64,000 bases of DNA from an uncultured Oscillospiraceae bacterium (GCA_964533825.1 CAZHMU010000001.1:103978-167977); one strand, 5' to 3'; shown: positions 36,722 to 47,423, counted from the first letter of the stretch. A program made the numbers and translations. Notes: a model not told the origin generated them from the sequence alone.

Positions 36722-37423
36722 TTACAAGTTCTTGAGGTAGTTAACCTCTTTGTCCGTCAAAAATCTGTATTTTCCACGTTGTAGACCGCCAAGATGCAAT
36801 TCGCCAACGGCAACACGTTTCAAAAACTCCACTTCCTTGCCGACAGCTTCAAACATCTTTTTGATTTGTCTGTTACGACCTTCGTGTATTGTGATTTCAA
36901 CACGAGTGTGATGCACATCGCCCTCTAACACTTTTACCGCCGCAGGCGCAGTAATTTTGCCATCAACCATTACACCTTTTTCCAGTTGACGAACTTCCGC
37001 CTCAGCCAAAGCGCCAGAAATGCGCGCGATATATGTTTTGGATACTTCGTTGCGTGGGTGAGTAAGCTTGTTTGCCAATTCACCATCGTTTGTGAGCAAA
37101 AGCAGCCCTTCGGTGTCGTAGTCAAGACGACCAACAGGATACACACGGCCGTGAATATCCTTGACAAAGTCCATAACAGTTTTTCTACCAAGGTCATCAT
37201 TGACAGTTGTAACACAGCCCTTTGGTTTGTGAAGCATGATGTAGGTAAGTTTTTTGCCACTGCCAACACGCTTGCCGTTGACGGAAACCTTGTCCCCATA
37301 TTCCACTTGTGTTGTAACGGTCGCAACCTTGTCATTTACCTTTACTTTGCCTTCTTCGATAAGCTTATCACAAGCACGACGGCTACCAACGCCGCAATCA
37401 GCCAAGTATTTGTTAAGTCTCAT
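36722..37423 (-). CDS. rluB: 23S rRNA pseudouridine synthase, RluB/RsuA family
   Basis: S4 domain plus catalytic GRLDYDTEGLLLLTNDG. Confidence 0.9.
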   Translation of the reverse strand: MRLNKYLADCGVGSRRACDKLIEEGKVKVNDKVATVTTQVEYGDKVSVNGKRVGSGKKLTYIMLHKPKGCVTTVNDDLGRKTVMDFVKDIHGRVYPVGRLDYDTEGLLLLTNDGELANKLTHPRNEVSKTYIARISGALAEAEVRQLEKGVMVDGKITAPAAVKVLEGDVHHTRVEITIHEGRNRQIKKMFEAVGKEVEFLKRVAVGELHLGGLQRGKYRFLTDKEVNYLKNL

Positions 37424-37565
37424 AAGTAATTCCTTTGGGGTATTTGTTTGGTGTGCATCTGTCGGCAGAGCAAAATACCCATTAAAAAAATGCTACTTCG
37501 ATTGTAGCATTTTTTGAGATAAATAGCAAGTAATTGCAGTAAATTGATTATTTATAATATATTTG

Positions 37566-38642
37566 TCAATCCATAGCACAAAGTTGTAGTTTTTTGACGA
37601 CATTACCGTTTAGCATTATTTCAAGCGTTTGCTCACTGTCCGTCAAGTTAATTTTTCGTGACAAACTTTCGTTCTGCGTGATTGGATAGCTGTAACTTTG
37701 GTTACAGTAGTAATAGGTAGGCTTACACTTGTTGTACACTACACCGCAAAGTTTGTTTTGAGGAACAACGCAAACATTTTTATAGTTATCAAAGGCCACA
37801 TCCAGCATTTGAGCTGCTTCTTCGAACATGGGGCCACAGTTCAAAACGACCACGACCACCTGCATGCCGTTGCGTGTTGCACTGCCAACAAAACAGCGGC
37901 CGGCCTTTTTGGTGTAACCTGTTTTGACTCCATCTGCATCGGCAAAACTTGCCAAAAGTTTATTTTTGTTTGTCAACACTCGTGGATAATCGTATCCGTC
38001 GTTGGCAATTTTTGCGCTTTTTGTTGCTACAATTTCTGCAAAATGCTCATTCGAGAGCGCACTGCAGGTGATTGCGCCCAAGTCTTTTGCGCTTGTGTAG
38101 TGATTGTCATCATGCAAGCCGTGCGGATTTACGAAATTGCTATCAGTGCACCCAAGTGATTGCGCGGTTCTATTCATCATCTCTGCAAAATGCTCCACAC
38201 TACCACCAACGTGCATGGCTAAGGCGGTTGCACAGTCATTTCCGCTACGCAACATCAAGCCATACAACAATTCCTTGACAGTCAACCTTTCGCCAGCACG
38301 CAAGTAAACTGACGATCCTTCAATACCGCAAGCTTGAGAGGGAATTGTTACAACGTCATCCAAATTGCCATTGTTGAGTACAGTCAAAGCTGTTACAATT
38401 TTGGTCGTGCTTGCCATAGGTAATCGATCGTTTGAGTTTTTTTCAAACAAAATACGGCCTGAATTGCGCTCCATAACAACACAAGCCTTTGCAGTGGTTG
38501 TAAACTCAGCTTTGTTATCCACAAGACCAAATGCTCTCTTACTAAAGCTAAACACAGTTGTGTGTTGCGTTGCAGTAAAAAGCAATGTAAACAAACACAA
38601 CATCAAAAGGCAAGCGCAAAAAATCAGTAGTAACTTTTTCAT
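37566..38642 (-). CDS. dacB: D-alanyl-D-alanine carboxypeptidase (PBP5 type, sporulation-associated position)
   Basis: Signal/TM segment, SxxK (ASTTK), SGN, KTG. The symbol rests on scpAB-dacB-rluB synteny. Confidence 0.85.
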   Translation of the reverse strand: MKKLLLIFCACLLMLCLFTLLFTATQHTTVFSFSKRAFGLVDNKAEFTTTAKACVVMERNSGRILFEKNSNDRLPMASTTKIVTALTVLNNGNLDDVVTIPSQACGIEGSSVYLRAGERLTVKELLYGLMLRSGNDCATALAMHVGGSVEHFAEMMNRTAQSLGCTDSNFVNPHGLHDDNHYTSAKDLGAITCSALSNEHFAEIVATKSAKIANDGYDYPRVLTNKNKLLASFADADGVKTGYTKKAGRCFVGSATRNGMQVVVVVLNCGPMFEEAAQMLDVAFDNYKNVCVVPQNKLCGVVYNKCKPTYYYCNQSYSYPITQNESLSRKINLTDSEQTLEIMLNGNVVKKLQLCAMD

Positions 38643-38643
38643 A

Positions 38644-39012
38644 TCAGTTGGATGAGGTTGTCAAGTCCTTGGCGATGTCTATGATTTTGTCCAAAGTGGA
38701 CTCGTTATCGGTGGAAATCATGCTGACCCCATCCTTATTGACAACCAAAAAGCCAATGGGCTTCATAGTTGCGCCACCACCAGAGCCACCAGCAAAGTTG
38801 CCATCAATGCCGTTTTTAGCAAATGACTTTGCGAGATTTTTGTTGCCGTATTCACCACCACCAGCCATAAAAGCAAGCGTAATTTGAGAAATAGGCAGAA
38901 TGGTTGTACCATCAAGAGTTACAATGGGCTTGCCTATGATTGTGTTGACTTCGGCGACCTTGGACAAATTAGCAATGGCACTTTCCACTATTTCAGTAAT
39001 TTGTGTTTGCAT
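38644..39012 (-). CDS. ytfJ: Sporulation protein YtfJ (GerW family)
   Basis: GerW/YtfJ pattern (TILPISQITLAFMAGGGEYG ... GGSGGGATMKPIGFLVV). ATG 39012 lies 7 nt after AGGAG. The track start at 39039 is a TTG. Confidence 0.85.
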   Translation of the reverse strand: MQTQITEIVESAIANLSKVAEVNTIIGKPIVTLDGTTILPISQITLAFMAGGGEYGNKNLAKSFAKNGIDGNFAGGSGGGATMKPIGFLVVNKDGVSMISTDNESTLDKIIDIAKDLTTSSN

Positions 39013-39500
39013 TTGCGTACTCCTTGTTTGATAAAGCAAAATGATAGTTCTGCAACACTAACACTTCCTTTGACACGAAATTGCAAGTCGTCGATGTTGG
39101 AAAAATTGTTACAAAGACAAGCAAATTGACAATTCGATACACAGCATACAATCTGAGTAATTACACTAAGAATTGCATTTTGAAAAATCATTGCATTGAC
39201 ATTTAACTTTGATAAATCGTTACGAAAGTATAACTGTACACTGTGCATGGTTATACTTTTTGCGATGTCAACTCCGTCTTGTTGAGAGTCCTTGTCGTTT
39301 TGCAAATAGCCGTCTACGGTACCTTGATAACCAACACCTTGAGCATCAACGAAAACTCGTTCTTTTGCGAGAGTTAAGCAAAAAACTTTGATTTGAGTTT
39401 GCACACTCAACTCTGTAAAGATGTACCGTCCGCGCACTTCAAAGTGTATTGGCATAAATACCAAAAGCAAAAATATCAGCATTGCAGTTGCAACTATCAT
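38988..39500 (-). CDS. DUF2953 / YtfI-like membrane protein
   Basis: N-terminal hydrophobic segment. The ORF is immediately upstream of ytfJ and overlaps it by 25 nt, as in the ytfI-ytfJ operon. The start is uncertain (ATG 39500 or 39482; no SD). Confidence 0.5.
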   Translation of the reverse strand: MIVATAMLIFLLLVFMPIHFEVRGRYIFTELSVQTQIKVFCLTLAKERVFVDAQGVGYQGTVDGYLQNDKDSQQDGVDIAKSITMHSVQLYFRNDLSKLNVNAMIFQNAILSVITQIVCCVSNCQFACLCNNFSNIDDLQFRVKGSVSVAELSFCFIKQGVRKCKHKLLK

Positions 39501-39555
39501 CAATTTTAGGTTGCCAAATTTGTGAGAATTTATACAAAATACCAACAAAATACAG

Positions 39556-39584
39556 TATTATGCTACACATAGTATTTTATATTT
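39556..39584 (-). promoter_or_regulatory. Possible forespore (sigma-G/F-like) promoter for ytfI-ytfJ
   Basis: Minus strand reads AAATA - 17 nt - CATAATA. Remembered consensus is GHATR-17/18-CAHWHTA. Confidence 0.3.
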
Positions 39585-39614
39585 GCCAATTTTCTGCCAA
39601 TACAATGACAAAAA

Positions 39615-39654
39615 CGCAAAAAAATTACGCCTTATAGCAATTTTAGGCGTAATT
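39615..39654 (-). terminator. Terminator of the HAD-IIA gene
   Basis: AATTACGCCT / AGGCGTAATT 10-bp stem, followed on the minus strand by TTTTTTTGCGTTTTT. Confidence 0.75.
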
Positions 39655-39749
39655 AGAATTGAATTAAAAATTTTGAGTTTTCAAGAATTAAACAAAATGT
39701 CGCAATTATGCAAAGACACAAGCGTCGGCAAATTACCCAAGTTTTTGGG

Positions 39750-40535
39750 TTAGTCAAGCTTTGCGATATCCCCTACTCCGTTCAAAATCAAACGTGGTTG
39801 GTAAGGGTATTTCGCAACAGACTCCAAGGTGGAAACACCGCTCAATACAAGTATTGGATCAAGGCCGCTTTCCAATGCTCCAATCATATCTGTATCCATT
39901 CTGTCGCCAATCATAGCAACATCTGCGGAGTGAATTCCACGATCGTGGAAGGATCTCATTGCTGCACGCATCATGAGAGGATTAGGTTTTCCAACATAGT
40001 ACGCCATACGATTGGTTGCGTACTCAACTGGAGCAACAAGCGCCTTGCAAGCAGGCACCTCACCTTGCTCGGTTGGTGTTGTGATATCAGCATTTGTACC
40101 GATGAGCTTTGCACCATTGTTTACTAAAACTGTAGCATGTTTGATATTTTCAAAATTGTAGTTTTGTGTTTCGCCAATGACAACGTACTCTGGGTCGATA
40201 TCGTTTAGGGCGACACCCACCTGATAGAGAGCATTTGTCAAACCTGCATCACCAATGACGTAGGCTGTTTTTGCACCTTGGCCCTGCAAAAAACTTGCAG
40301 TTGCCATTGCGGCGGTATAAAAGTGATGTTCGCCAACATCCAATCCCATACGAGCAAGCTTTTGAGCAAGCTCCTTGGGAGACTTTTGGCTGTTGTTTGT
40401 CAAAAACAAAAAGGCTTTATTGTTATCACGCAACCACTTTACAAATTCTTTTGCACCGGGGAGCAATTTGTTACCGTGATAGATAACACCATCCATATCA
40501 CAAATAAAACCTTTTTTGTCACGTAGTTTTTCCAT
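39750..40535 (-). CDS. HAD-IIA family sugar-phosphate phosphatase (NagD/YutF-like)
   Basis: DxDG motif (FICDMDGVIYHG), LTNNS, GDRMDTD. AGGAG RBS. Confidence 0.85.
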   Translation of the reverse strand: MEKLRDKKGFICDMDGVIYHGNKLLPGAKEFVKWLRDNNKAFLFLTNNSQKSPKELAQKLARMGLDVGEHHFYTAAMATASFLQGQGAKTAYVIGDAGLTNALYQVGVALNDIDPEYVVIGETQNYNFENIKHATVLVNNGAKLIGTNADITTPTEQGEVPACKALVAPVEYATNRMAYYVGKPNPLMMRAAMRSFHDRGIHSADVAMIGDRMDTDMIGALESGLDPILVLSGVSTLESVAKYPYQPRLILNGVGDIAKLD

Positions 40536-40637
40536 TTATAATCTCCTATATGTAATCTTTTAACAAATATTTGATGCAACAATATGGGTTTTGTCGCAAT
40601 ATCACAAACCCACAAACGTTGCTATCTCCGTTACGCA

Positions 40638-41267
40638 CTACTCGATGATTTCCACCTTTTCGCCAACAAGAAAGTCTGGAACTTCGTTTACTTGGTCGAA
40701 CATTGGTTTCTCGACAGTGGTAACACTACTTGAAATGCCGACGGAAATTTCTTGCAACTTTTCAAGGAAGGTTTCGTAATCTGGCAAGTCGGAAACTTCG
40801 CTAATAGAAAAACGTTTCAAAAAGTCGTCAGTTGTACCAAAAAGCAATGGCTTTCCGATGGTTTCCTTACGACCTACGACCTCAATCATACCAAGACGCA
40901 TCAAGTTTTGTACCGCATAAGTGCAGTCAACTGCGCGAATTTCCTCAATTTCGATACGCGTAATGGGTTGCTTGTAAGCAATGATGGCAAGTGTTTCCAA
41001 CATCGCGTTGGTAAGCTCTTTCTCCTTGATTGGGTTCAAAACCGTTTCTACTTGCTTTGCATAATCTGGATTGGATGCGAACTGAATTTTTTTGTTAAAG
41101 CGCAAAATGTGGATACCACTTTCGCCGCTGTATTGTTTCATCAGTTCGTCCAAAGCTTCGCTGTATTGCTTACCTGTGATTTGTAACTTTTCCCTAATGA
41201 AAGACTCTTCTACAGCCTTTCCGGAAACAAACAAAATTGATTCGATAATTTTACTCAACTTGCTCAT
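40638..41267 (-). CDS. scpB: Segregation and condensation protein B
   Basis: ScpB wHTH repeats (IESILFVSG..., AYKQPITRIEIEEIR). ATG 41267 lies 9 nt after AGGAG. Confidence 0.92.
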   Translation of the reverse strand: MSKLSKIIESILFVSGKAVEESFIREKLQITGKQYSEALDELMKQYSGESGIHILRFNKKIQFASNPDYAKQVETVLNPIKEKELTNAMLETLAIIAYKQPITRIEIEEIRAVDCTYAVQNLMRLGMIEVVGRKETIGKPLLFGTTDDFLKRFSISEVSDLPDYETFLEKLQEISVGISSSVTTVEKPMFDQVNEVPDFLVGEKVEIIE

Positions 41268-42066
41268 CGTATTCATCTCCTACTCTGAAGTCAATATTTT
41301 CGACGTCACCTTTCTTGTGGATGATGACTTCTTCAAATAGTCCATGTTGCTCAACACTGATGGCTTGCAACTTCAACAACTCCAAAATAGCCATAAATGT
41401 TGTGATAATTTCGTTTTTGCTTGCGTTTTCTGGGAACAAATCCACAAATTTGAAGTGTTCCTCGTTGCGCAAAACTTCACGAATAAGGGCAATCTTTGAG
41501 CCGACAGAAAAGTTCTCCTTTGTGATAGCGCGAGAAACGTTTTCTGCCTGAGCTTTGACTTGCATCTTAGCCAAAAACTTACTAAAAGCTGTCATAAAGC
41601 CGTCAAGGGACAGATTGTCTTTCAAAACGGACACTTCCTTACCAACAGAGCTGTCCGGCTCACGATAAAAACGATTGACGTTTTCTTGCGACTTAAGTTC
41701 CGTCACCACCTCCTTGAAAAGCTTGTACTCTTCCAGTTGACGGATAAGTATTTGCTCAGGAGTTTCACTGTCTTCTTCAAGACCTGGCAGCACCGGCAAA
41801 AGGGCGCGCGACTTTATCTCCAACAATGTAGCCGACATAGCCATATACTCACTGGCTTGGTCAACATCAAGCTTGGATACTTGCGTCATAAATTGCAAAA
41901 ATTGCTCGGTAACTTGGGATACAAAAATATCCTTGATCTCAATCTTATTTTCTTTGACAAGGGCAAGCAACAAGTCCAGTGGTCCAGAAAAATTGGCAAT
42001 GTCCAGTTTGAGAACATCCTTTTGCTCATCAAATATATACTGTTGTTGATATTGTTGTTCGTCCAT
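41251..42066 (-). CDS. scpA: Segregation and condensation protein A
   Basis: ScpA N-terminus (FSGPLDLLLALV). ATG 42066 overlaps the upstream stop (TAATG). Confidence 0.92.
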   Translation of the reverse strand: MDEQQYQQQYIFDEQKDVLKLDIANFSGPLDLLLALVKENKIEIKDIFVSQVTEQFLQFMTQVSKLDVDQASEYMAMSATLLEIKSRALLPVLPGLEEDSETPEQILIRQLEEYKLFKEVVTELKSQENVNRFYREPDSSVGKEVSVLKDNLSLDGFMTAFSKFLAKMQVKAQAENVSRAITKENFSVGSKIALIREVLRNEEHFKFVDLFPENASKNEIITTFMAILELLKLQAISVEQHGLFEEVIIHKKGDVENIDFRVGDEYDEQVE

Positions 42067-42776
42067 TATACAAACAGCCCCCAAAAGCGCTGAAAAGCAT
42101 TCAACAAGATTTGACCAAATCCACCAATGTACAAGTTGATTGGCGAAAATGCCGACAAAAATGGAATGTAGTCAATGAGGAGTAGACCAATCATAATGTA
42201 GAAACTGTATCTACGCAAAAAGGTCATAAATGGTCTGCGTTCGTCCACAAAGCAAGAAATCAGCCTATAACCATCCAATGGATACAGTGGCAACAAGTTG
42301 AATAATGCAAAGTTGATGTTGAGCCAAGATGTGTAGAAACCAAGATACACCAAGAAATATACGACATAGTAAAGTGCGGTGTCTTTGATTACAGGAACTT
42401 GAATAGTAAAAACATACAGTGCACTAAACAAAAATGCCAAAATCAAGTTGGTTGCGACGCCAGCCAACGAAACAGTGATTGCGCCAACCTTGCGGTTTTT
42501 GAAGTTGTTTGGATTGATGGGTACTGGTTTTGCCCAGCCAAAGCCAACAAAAAGCATCATGAGTAGTCCCATTGTATCAAAGTGCTTTAGTGGGTTCAAA
42601 CTCAATCTGCCGTAATACTTGGCGGTAATATCGCCGTTCCAATAGGCAACGAGACCGTGGGCAATCTCATGCAATACCAACGCAATTAAAAGTGCGCACA
42701 AAAATGCCACCGTTTCAAGTAAGCTTTCGCGAGTTACACCAGCATATTCATTTGTTAAAATACGGATAATTGTCAT
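42066..42776 (-). CDS. Site-2 protease family (M50) membrane metalloprotease
   Basis: HEIAHGLVA (HExxH) within a polytopic membrane protein. Confidence 0.85.
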   Translation of the reverse strand: MTIIRILTNEYAGVTRESLLETVAFLCALLIALVLHEIAHGLVAYWNGDITAKYYGRLSLNPLKHFDTMGLLMMLFVGFGWAKPVPINPNNFKNRKVGAITVSLAGVATNLILAFLFSALYVFTIQVPVIKDTALYYVVYFLVYLGFYTSWLNINFALFNLLPLYPLDGYRLISCFVDERRPFMTFLRRYSFYIMIGLLLIDYIPFLSAFSPINLYIGGFGQILLNAFQRFWGLFV

Positions 42777-43045
42777 AGTAACATTTTAACAAATTAACGA
42801 CTTAAAGTCAATAAAAATAGCCCCTTTCCCAAACATATATAACAATATTTATGGATTTAGCTCATCTTGGACATTTTTTTACAACAAAGTCAACCACGCT
42901 ATTTTCTATGCAAAACAGTATGCAAACACAAATTACCGAAATATCAGTTTTAAACACAAAACATACTACTGACACCCTCAACTGAGGTGAGCGCATTATT
43001 GGTATATCAAACAAGAATTGCAAGAGAAGCTCTTGCAATTTGTTG

Positions 43046-44179
43046 TTATTTTACTGTTACAATTTGTTGAACATAGTCCCAATAGGTTTTGCATTGAACG
43101 TCGCAAGTTGCAACCAAATCAACCGATTTTACAACTGCCCCACTCCTATCAACCAAATTTGCTTGCCCCAAGACTTGACCTTTTGATATTGGAGCTTTGA
43201 CCGTTTGTGGTAAATCGCACTGTAAAGTGTAGTCAGTTTGCCCCTTTTTGCCAAATGCAAGTAGTTTTTGTTCTGGGGCGACATCTACTGTTTGTTGTTT
43301 GCCACCATCTACATCCAGTTGTTTTGCGTCACTCGTATCCATATATACTTGGCTTTGATAGTTAGCAAAGGCGTAATTAAACATATCGCTTACTTCCTTG
43401 AAACGTGTTTTACTGTCGCAAGCACCTACGACTACAGCTACAACGCGAGTATCACCACGCTTGGCAGTTGCTGCCAAACAGTGCTGCGCTTCGGACGTGT
43501 AGCCAGTTTTACCGCCATCACAACCTTGGTAAAAACGAACAAGTTTGTTAGTGTTTGTCATACCTGTAACCCTGCCGGATGGGTGGACAAAATCTTCCAT
43601 CCAAATGTTAGCACAAGCAAAGTAATGCGGATGCTGAATAAGGCGCAAAAACATTGTTGCAACATCCTTTGCGCACGAGTATTGGCTGACAGCTGGCAAA
43701 CCAGTGCAATTTTCAAAATGAGTGGCAACAAGACCAATTTGTCGGCACTTGTTGTTCATCTCAGTAACAAAATTCTCCACACTGCCGGCAATATGCTCAG
43801 CCATTGCTACGCAACTGTCATTTGCAGAACAAACAATGATAGACTTTACAAGTTCCTCAGCTTTGTAGGCACCATTTGCCTCCAAAAAGACCTGTGAGCC
43901 ACCCATGCCTGCCGCACGACTACTGACGACGACAGTGTCCTCCAGAGCAATTTTCCCCTGTTCAACCGCATCGTAGATACACAAAAGAGTCATAATTTTT
44001 GTCATGCTGGCAATGGGCCGTTTTTCCAGTGCGTTGTGTTCTTGCAATACTTGACCGTCTTCGCTAATCAGGATACCTTCGCGTGCAGATATAGTTACCC
44101 CTTCAGCGCAAGCGCTTACCGGCAAAATTACCATGGCGAGCATCAAAATACCTAAAAATAACAAAATTTGTTTTTTCAT
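43046..44179 (-). CDS. dacF: D-alanyl-D-alanine carboxypeptidase (PBP5 type)
   Basis: Signal peptide, SxxK (ASMTK), SAN, KTGYT. ATG 44179 follows AGGAG. The symbol rests only on deoB-adjacent synteny. Confidence 0.82.
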   Translation of the reverse strand: MKKQILLFLGILMLAMVILPVSACAEGVTISAREGILISEDGQVLQEHNALEKRPIASMTKIMTLLCIYDAVEQGKIALEDTVVVSSRAAGMGGSQVFLEANGAYKAEELVKSIIVCSANDSCVAMAEHIAGSVENFVTEMNNKCRQIGLVATHFENCTGLPAVSQYSCAKDVATMFLRLIQHPHYFACANIWMEDFVHPSGRVTGMTNTNKLVRFYQGCDGGKTGYTSEAQHCLAATAKRGDTRVVAVVVGACDSKTRFKEVSDMFNYAFANYQSQVYMDTSDAKQLDVDGGKQQTVDVAPEQKLLAFGKKGQTDYTLQCDLPQTVKAPISKGQVLGQANLVDRSGAVVKSVDLVATCDVQCKTYWDYVQQIVTVK

Positions 44180-44415
44180 AACAAATCTCCTTGACTTTTT
44201 TGTTAGTATTTGCAACTGCAGTTTTAGTATGCAATGGGAATTTTTGGCTTACTATTTTCCCAAAGAATTAGGTAGCACCACACCAACACAGCCACCCTTC
44301 TTGTCAAGGTTGCCACAAATCAATAAACACAACAAGTGTTGTATAACAAAAAAGCATCTCGATTGTTACATCAAGATGCTTGAATAGCGATTTACTGTTA
44401 AATTTTGATATGGAA

Positions 44416-45567
44416 CTATCTTGTGATTTTATCCCAGACGGATTTTGGAGCGTTCTCGTCAATGCCGAGTTGCGCTTTGATTGTGTCGGCAATGACGTCA
44501 AAACCTTTCAAAGTGCCCAAGTTTGTTGGGATAACTTCTGCACCATAGACAAGAAGTGGGGTGTACTCACGAGTGTGGTCAGTATGCGCTGTGTGAGTTG
44601 GATCACAACCATGGTCGCCTGTGATGTACAATACGTCATCGTGCTTTAACAGCTTGATGAGCTCCCCTACTTTTACATCAATTTCAGCAAGAGCTTGCGC
44701 ATAACCAAATACGTCACGGCGATGTCCAAACTTCATATCGGTATCCACCAAGTTTACAAATACCAAACCGTCAAATTTTTCCTTGGCGATTTCCAACGTT
44801 TTGTTTAGGCCATCAAGATTGCTTTCGGTATGCAAACTACGAGTGATACCAATACCATTGAATATGTACTCAATTTTGCCCACTGCTACGCTTTGCAGAC
44901 CAGCGTTTTTAACAACTTCCAACAAGGTTTCGCCAGTTGGGTCAAGTGAGTAGTCCTTTCGTTCAGCTGTGCGAACAAATGGGTACTCGCCCGTAAATGG
45001 ACGCGCAATGATACGACCTACGCCATAGTCACCGGTGCAAAGTTGGCGAGCTTTTTCGCACATTGTGTACAACTGGTCAATGGAGTACTTGTCCATATGA
45101 ACGGCAATTTGCAATACAGAGTCAGCAGATGTGTAAACAATTGGATAGCCTGTTTGAAGGTGCTCGTTACCGTAGTGCTTGATAACTTCCGTTCCGCTGT
45201 ATGGCTTGTTGCACAAGATTTTTGTACCAAGTTCTGCCTCGAGCTTGTCCACAAATTCTTGTGGGAAACCATTTGGAAAAGTTGGCAATGGCTTGGATGT
45301 GATTACGCCAGCCATTTCCCAGTGGCCTACTGTTGTGTCTTTGCCTTTGGATAACTCTTCCAAGCGAGCATACGCGCCATTTGGGGTGCGATCGTCGTTG
45401 TAAGTGCCGTCGATGTTGTACAATCCCATTTCAGCAAGATGTGGGACGTTGATTTCGTATGCAGAACGAATATTTTTCAGTGTGTTCGCACCAAAATCTC
45501 CATATTTTTTGCAATCGGGCATGGCACCAATGCCAAAACCGTCAATAACCAAGATAAATGCTCTCAT
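44416..45567 (-). CDS. deoB: Phosphopentomutase
   Basis: Full-length DeoB-like sequence (VIDGFGIG ... TGDHGCDPT). Confidence 0.95.
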   Translation of the reverse strand: MRAFILVIDGFGIGAMPDCKKYGDFGANTLKNIRSAYEINVPHLAEMGLYNIDGTYNDDRTPNGAYARLEELSKGKDTTVGHWEMAGVITSKPLPTFPNGFPQEFVDKLEAELGTKILCNKPYSGTEVIKHYGNEHLQTGYPIVYTSADSVLQIAVHMDKYSIDQLYTMCEKARQLCTGDYGVGRIIARPFTGEYPFVRTAERKDYSLDPTGETLLEVVKNAGLQSVAVGKIEYIFNGIGITRSLHTESNLDGLNKTLEIAKEKFDGLVFVNLVDTDMKFGHRRDVFGYAQALAEIDVKVGELIKLLKHDDVLYITGDHGCDPTHTAHTDHTREYTPLLVYGAEVIPTNLGTLKGFDVIADTIKAQLGIDENAPKSVWDKITR

Positions 45568-45657
45568 TCAGACCTCGTATTGTTTGTTGAAAGCTAAAAA
45601 TTCCAACAAATGATGTTTGCTTTAGTTTATTATACCAAAATGTTACAATTTTAACAA

Positions 45658-46236
45658 TCAAATTGAACCACTTAACGGACGCAACAACAAAAAAAGTAGT
45701 AAAAATCTTACCAACGACAGTAAACAAATTGCCAAAACTTGACATTTACAATCGCTCCAAATCTCCCTAAATGTCTTACAATACTCCGTTTGGCAACCAA
45801 AGTTTAGACAAGCAACCATCAAGATTGCAACGGTTAGCAAAGTGTAGAAAATTAGAAAGAACAGTGCAACAAATCCAATGCTCAAAAACAAGCAAGCAAG
45901 GTTCGCACCACCATAGATACAGCCAACGAACAATGTGAGATATCTCACAAATGAAAGATGTTTGTGAATTTGTGATACAATCGTCAAAAACAAAATTAGG
46001 CAAGTTTGCAATGCAAGAGATAACAATACCGCAACAAAACCACCACACAAAATTAGCTCAACGTGGTCGCGCCTATTGCAATACCACCAATTTTGTTTGC
46101 AATTGACAAAGACTATTACGCCTAAAACAAGTCCGCACAAAGCAATTAGCACTATTAACAAAAATTTGCGCTTGTTGCAGGACAGCCAAAGTATAAAATC
46201 ATCCCAAATTTGTTTTATTGTAGATAAAAAGCCCAT
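45658..46236 (-). CDS. Integral membrane protein (~5 TM), possibly SpoIIM-like
   Basis: Hydrophobic profile. The position between spoIVB and deoB recalls B. subtilis spoIIM...drm. Sequence similarity could not be verified by eye. Confidence 0.45.
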   Translation of the reverse strand: MGFLSTIKQIWDDFILWLSCNKRKFLLIVLIALCGLVLGVIVFVNCKQNWWYCNRRDHVELILCGGFVAVLLSLALQTCLILFLTIVSQIHKHLSFVRYLTLFVGCIYGGANLACLFLSIGFVALFFLIFYTLLTVAILMVACLNFGCQTEYCKTFREIWSDCKCQVLAICLLSLVRFLLLFLLLRPLSGSI

Positions 46237-46269
46237 ATCAATTGATATGAGCTTTGTGTGCGTTTTAGA

Positions 46270-47355
46270 CTAATTTGTGAGCATCCATTTAGCATAGATT
46301 CCGTAGCCGCGAGTTGGATCGTTGACAAAAACGTGGGTAACCGCGCCAACAAGCTTGCCATTTTGCACTATGGGACTGCCAGACATACCTTGCACAATTC
46401 CGCCAGTCTTTGCAAGCAATGTTTCGTCAGTAACCTGAATAACCATACCCTTGTCATTGCAAGCTGTTTGGTAGCTTGCTTTGACAATTTTGATGTCATA
46501 CGCGCGTCGAACACCATCCTCAAATGTGCAGTAAATTTGCGCATACCCGGGTTGAATTTCACCAATATCTGCAACATCAATCAAATCTGAACAGTAGCTT
46601 GGCAAGCAGTCAAAAGTGCCATATGCGCCATACTTGTTGTTTTTGAGCAAGCTACCAACCCTCTCGTCAAAGTGCAATGCGCCTTTTAGTTCGCCAGCAA
46701 CGCCAACTTGCCCTTTTTTGACTCCTTGAATATCACAACGAAAAACACCGCCGTTGTTGCACTTGACAACACGCCCATTTACATCGCAAATAGGGTGTCC
46801 AAGGCTGGCAAACGCAAGATTCTTTCTCACATATGTGAGAGTGCCTACACCGCTTGATGCATCACGCGTCCACAGACCTAAACGATAGCTCCCCGTAGAC
46901 AAGTCTTTGCAAGGCGTGATAGATTTCTCCAAAGTCATACCATTACGTACAAGCTTGATTTTGCACTCCTTGCCTTTCAGCACTGTGGCAACTTCGATAA
47001 GCTTTTGTGACGAGAAAATCTTGTGCCCATCCAACTCAACAACTACATCCCCCACCGCAACACCAGCATTTAGCGCAGGGCAGCAGAGCTTGCCGTTTGA
47101 TCCAACAAACTCGTTTAAGCCAACAACTGTAACACCATCGCCATCAATTGTGAGCCCCAACGGATAGCCACCGAGATAAACTTGCTCGTTAAGTTTACTT
47201 GCATTTTCCGGCAAGAATAAATCGCTGACATTTTCACGAAAGTCGTCAAATCCAGTGCCGTCTGCGTAGGCAGATGTACACTCAGTAAACTGCAAAGATA
47301 TTGTTAGACAAAGCAATAAAGCTATTACAAAAGTCAAAAAAGTAAACCTTTTCAT
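46270..47355 (-). CDS. spoIVB: SpoIVB peptidase (S55)
   Basis: Signal anchor, PDZ region, catalytic GMSGSPIVQNGKLVGAVTHVF. ATG 47355 follows GAGGTG. Confidence 0.9.
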   Translation of the reverse strand: MKRFTFLTFVIALLLCLTISLQFTECTSAYADGTGFDDFRENVSDLFLPENASKLNEQVYLGGYPLGLTIDGDGVTVVGLNEFVGSNGKLCCPALNAGVAVGDVVVELDGHKIFSSQKLIEVATVLKGKECKIKLVRNGMTLEKSITPCKDLSTGSYRLGLWTRDASSGVGTLTYVRKNLAFASLGHPICDVNGRVVKCNNGGVFRCDIQGVKKGQVGVAGELKGALHFDERVGSLLKNNKYGAYGTFDCLPSYCSDLIDVADIGEIQPGYAQIYCTFEDGVRRAYDIKIVKASYQTACNDKGMVIQVTDETLLAKTGGIVQGMSGSPIVQNGKLVGAVTHVFVNDPTRGYGIYAKWMLTN

Positions 47356-47423
47356 AAACACCTCAAAATTGCTTTTAGTTTGTGAAATAGGCAATTTTGT
47401 ATGCATTTTGTTAGATTTTTAGC

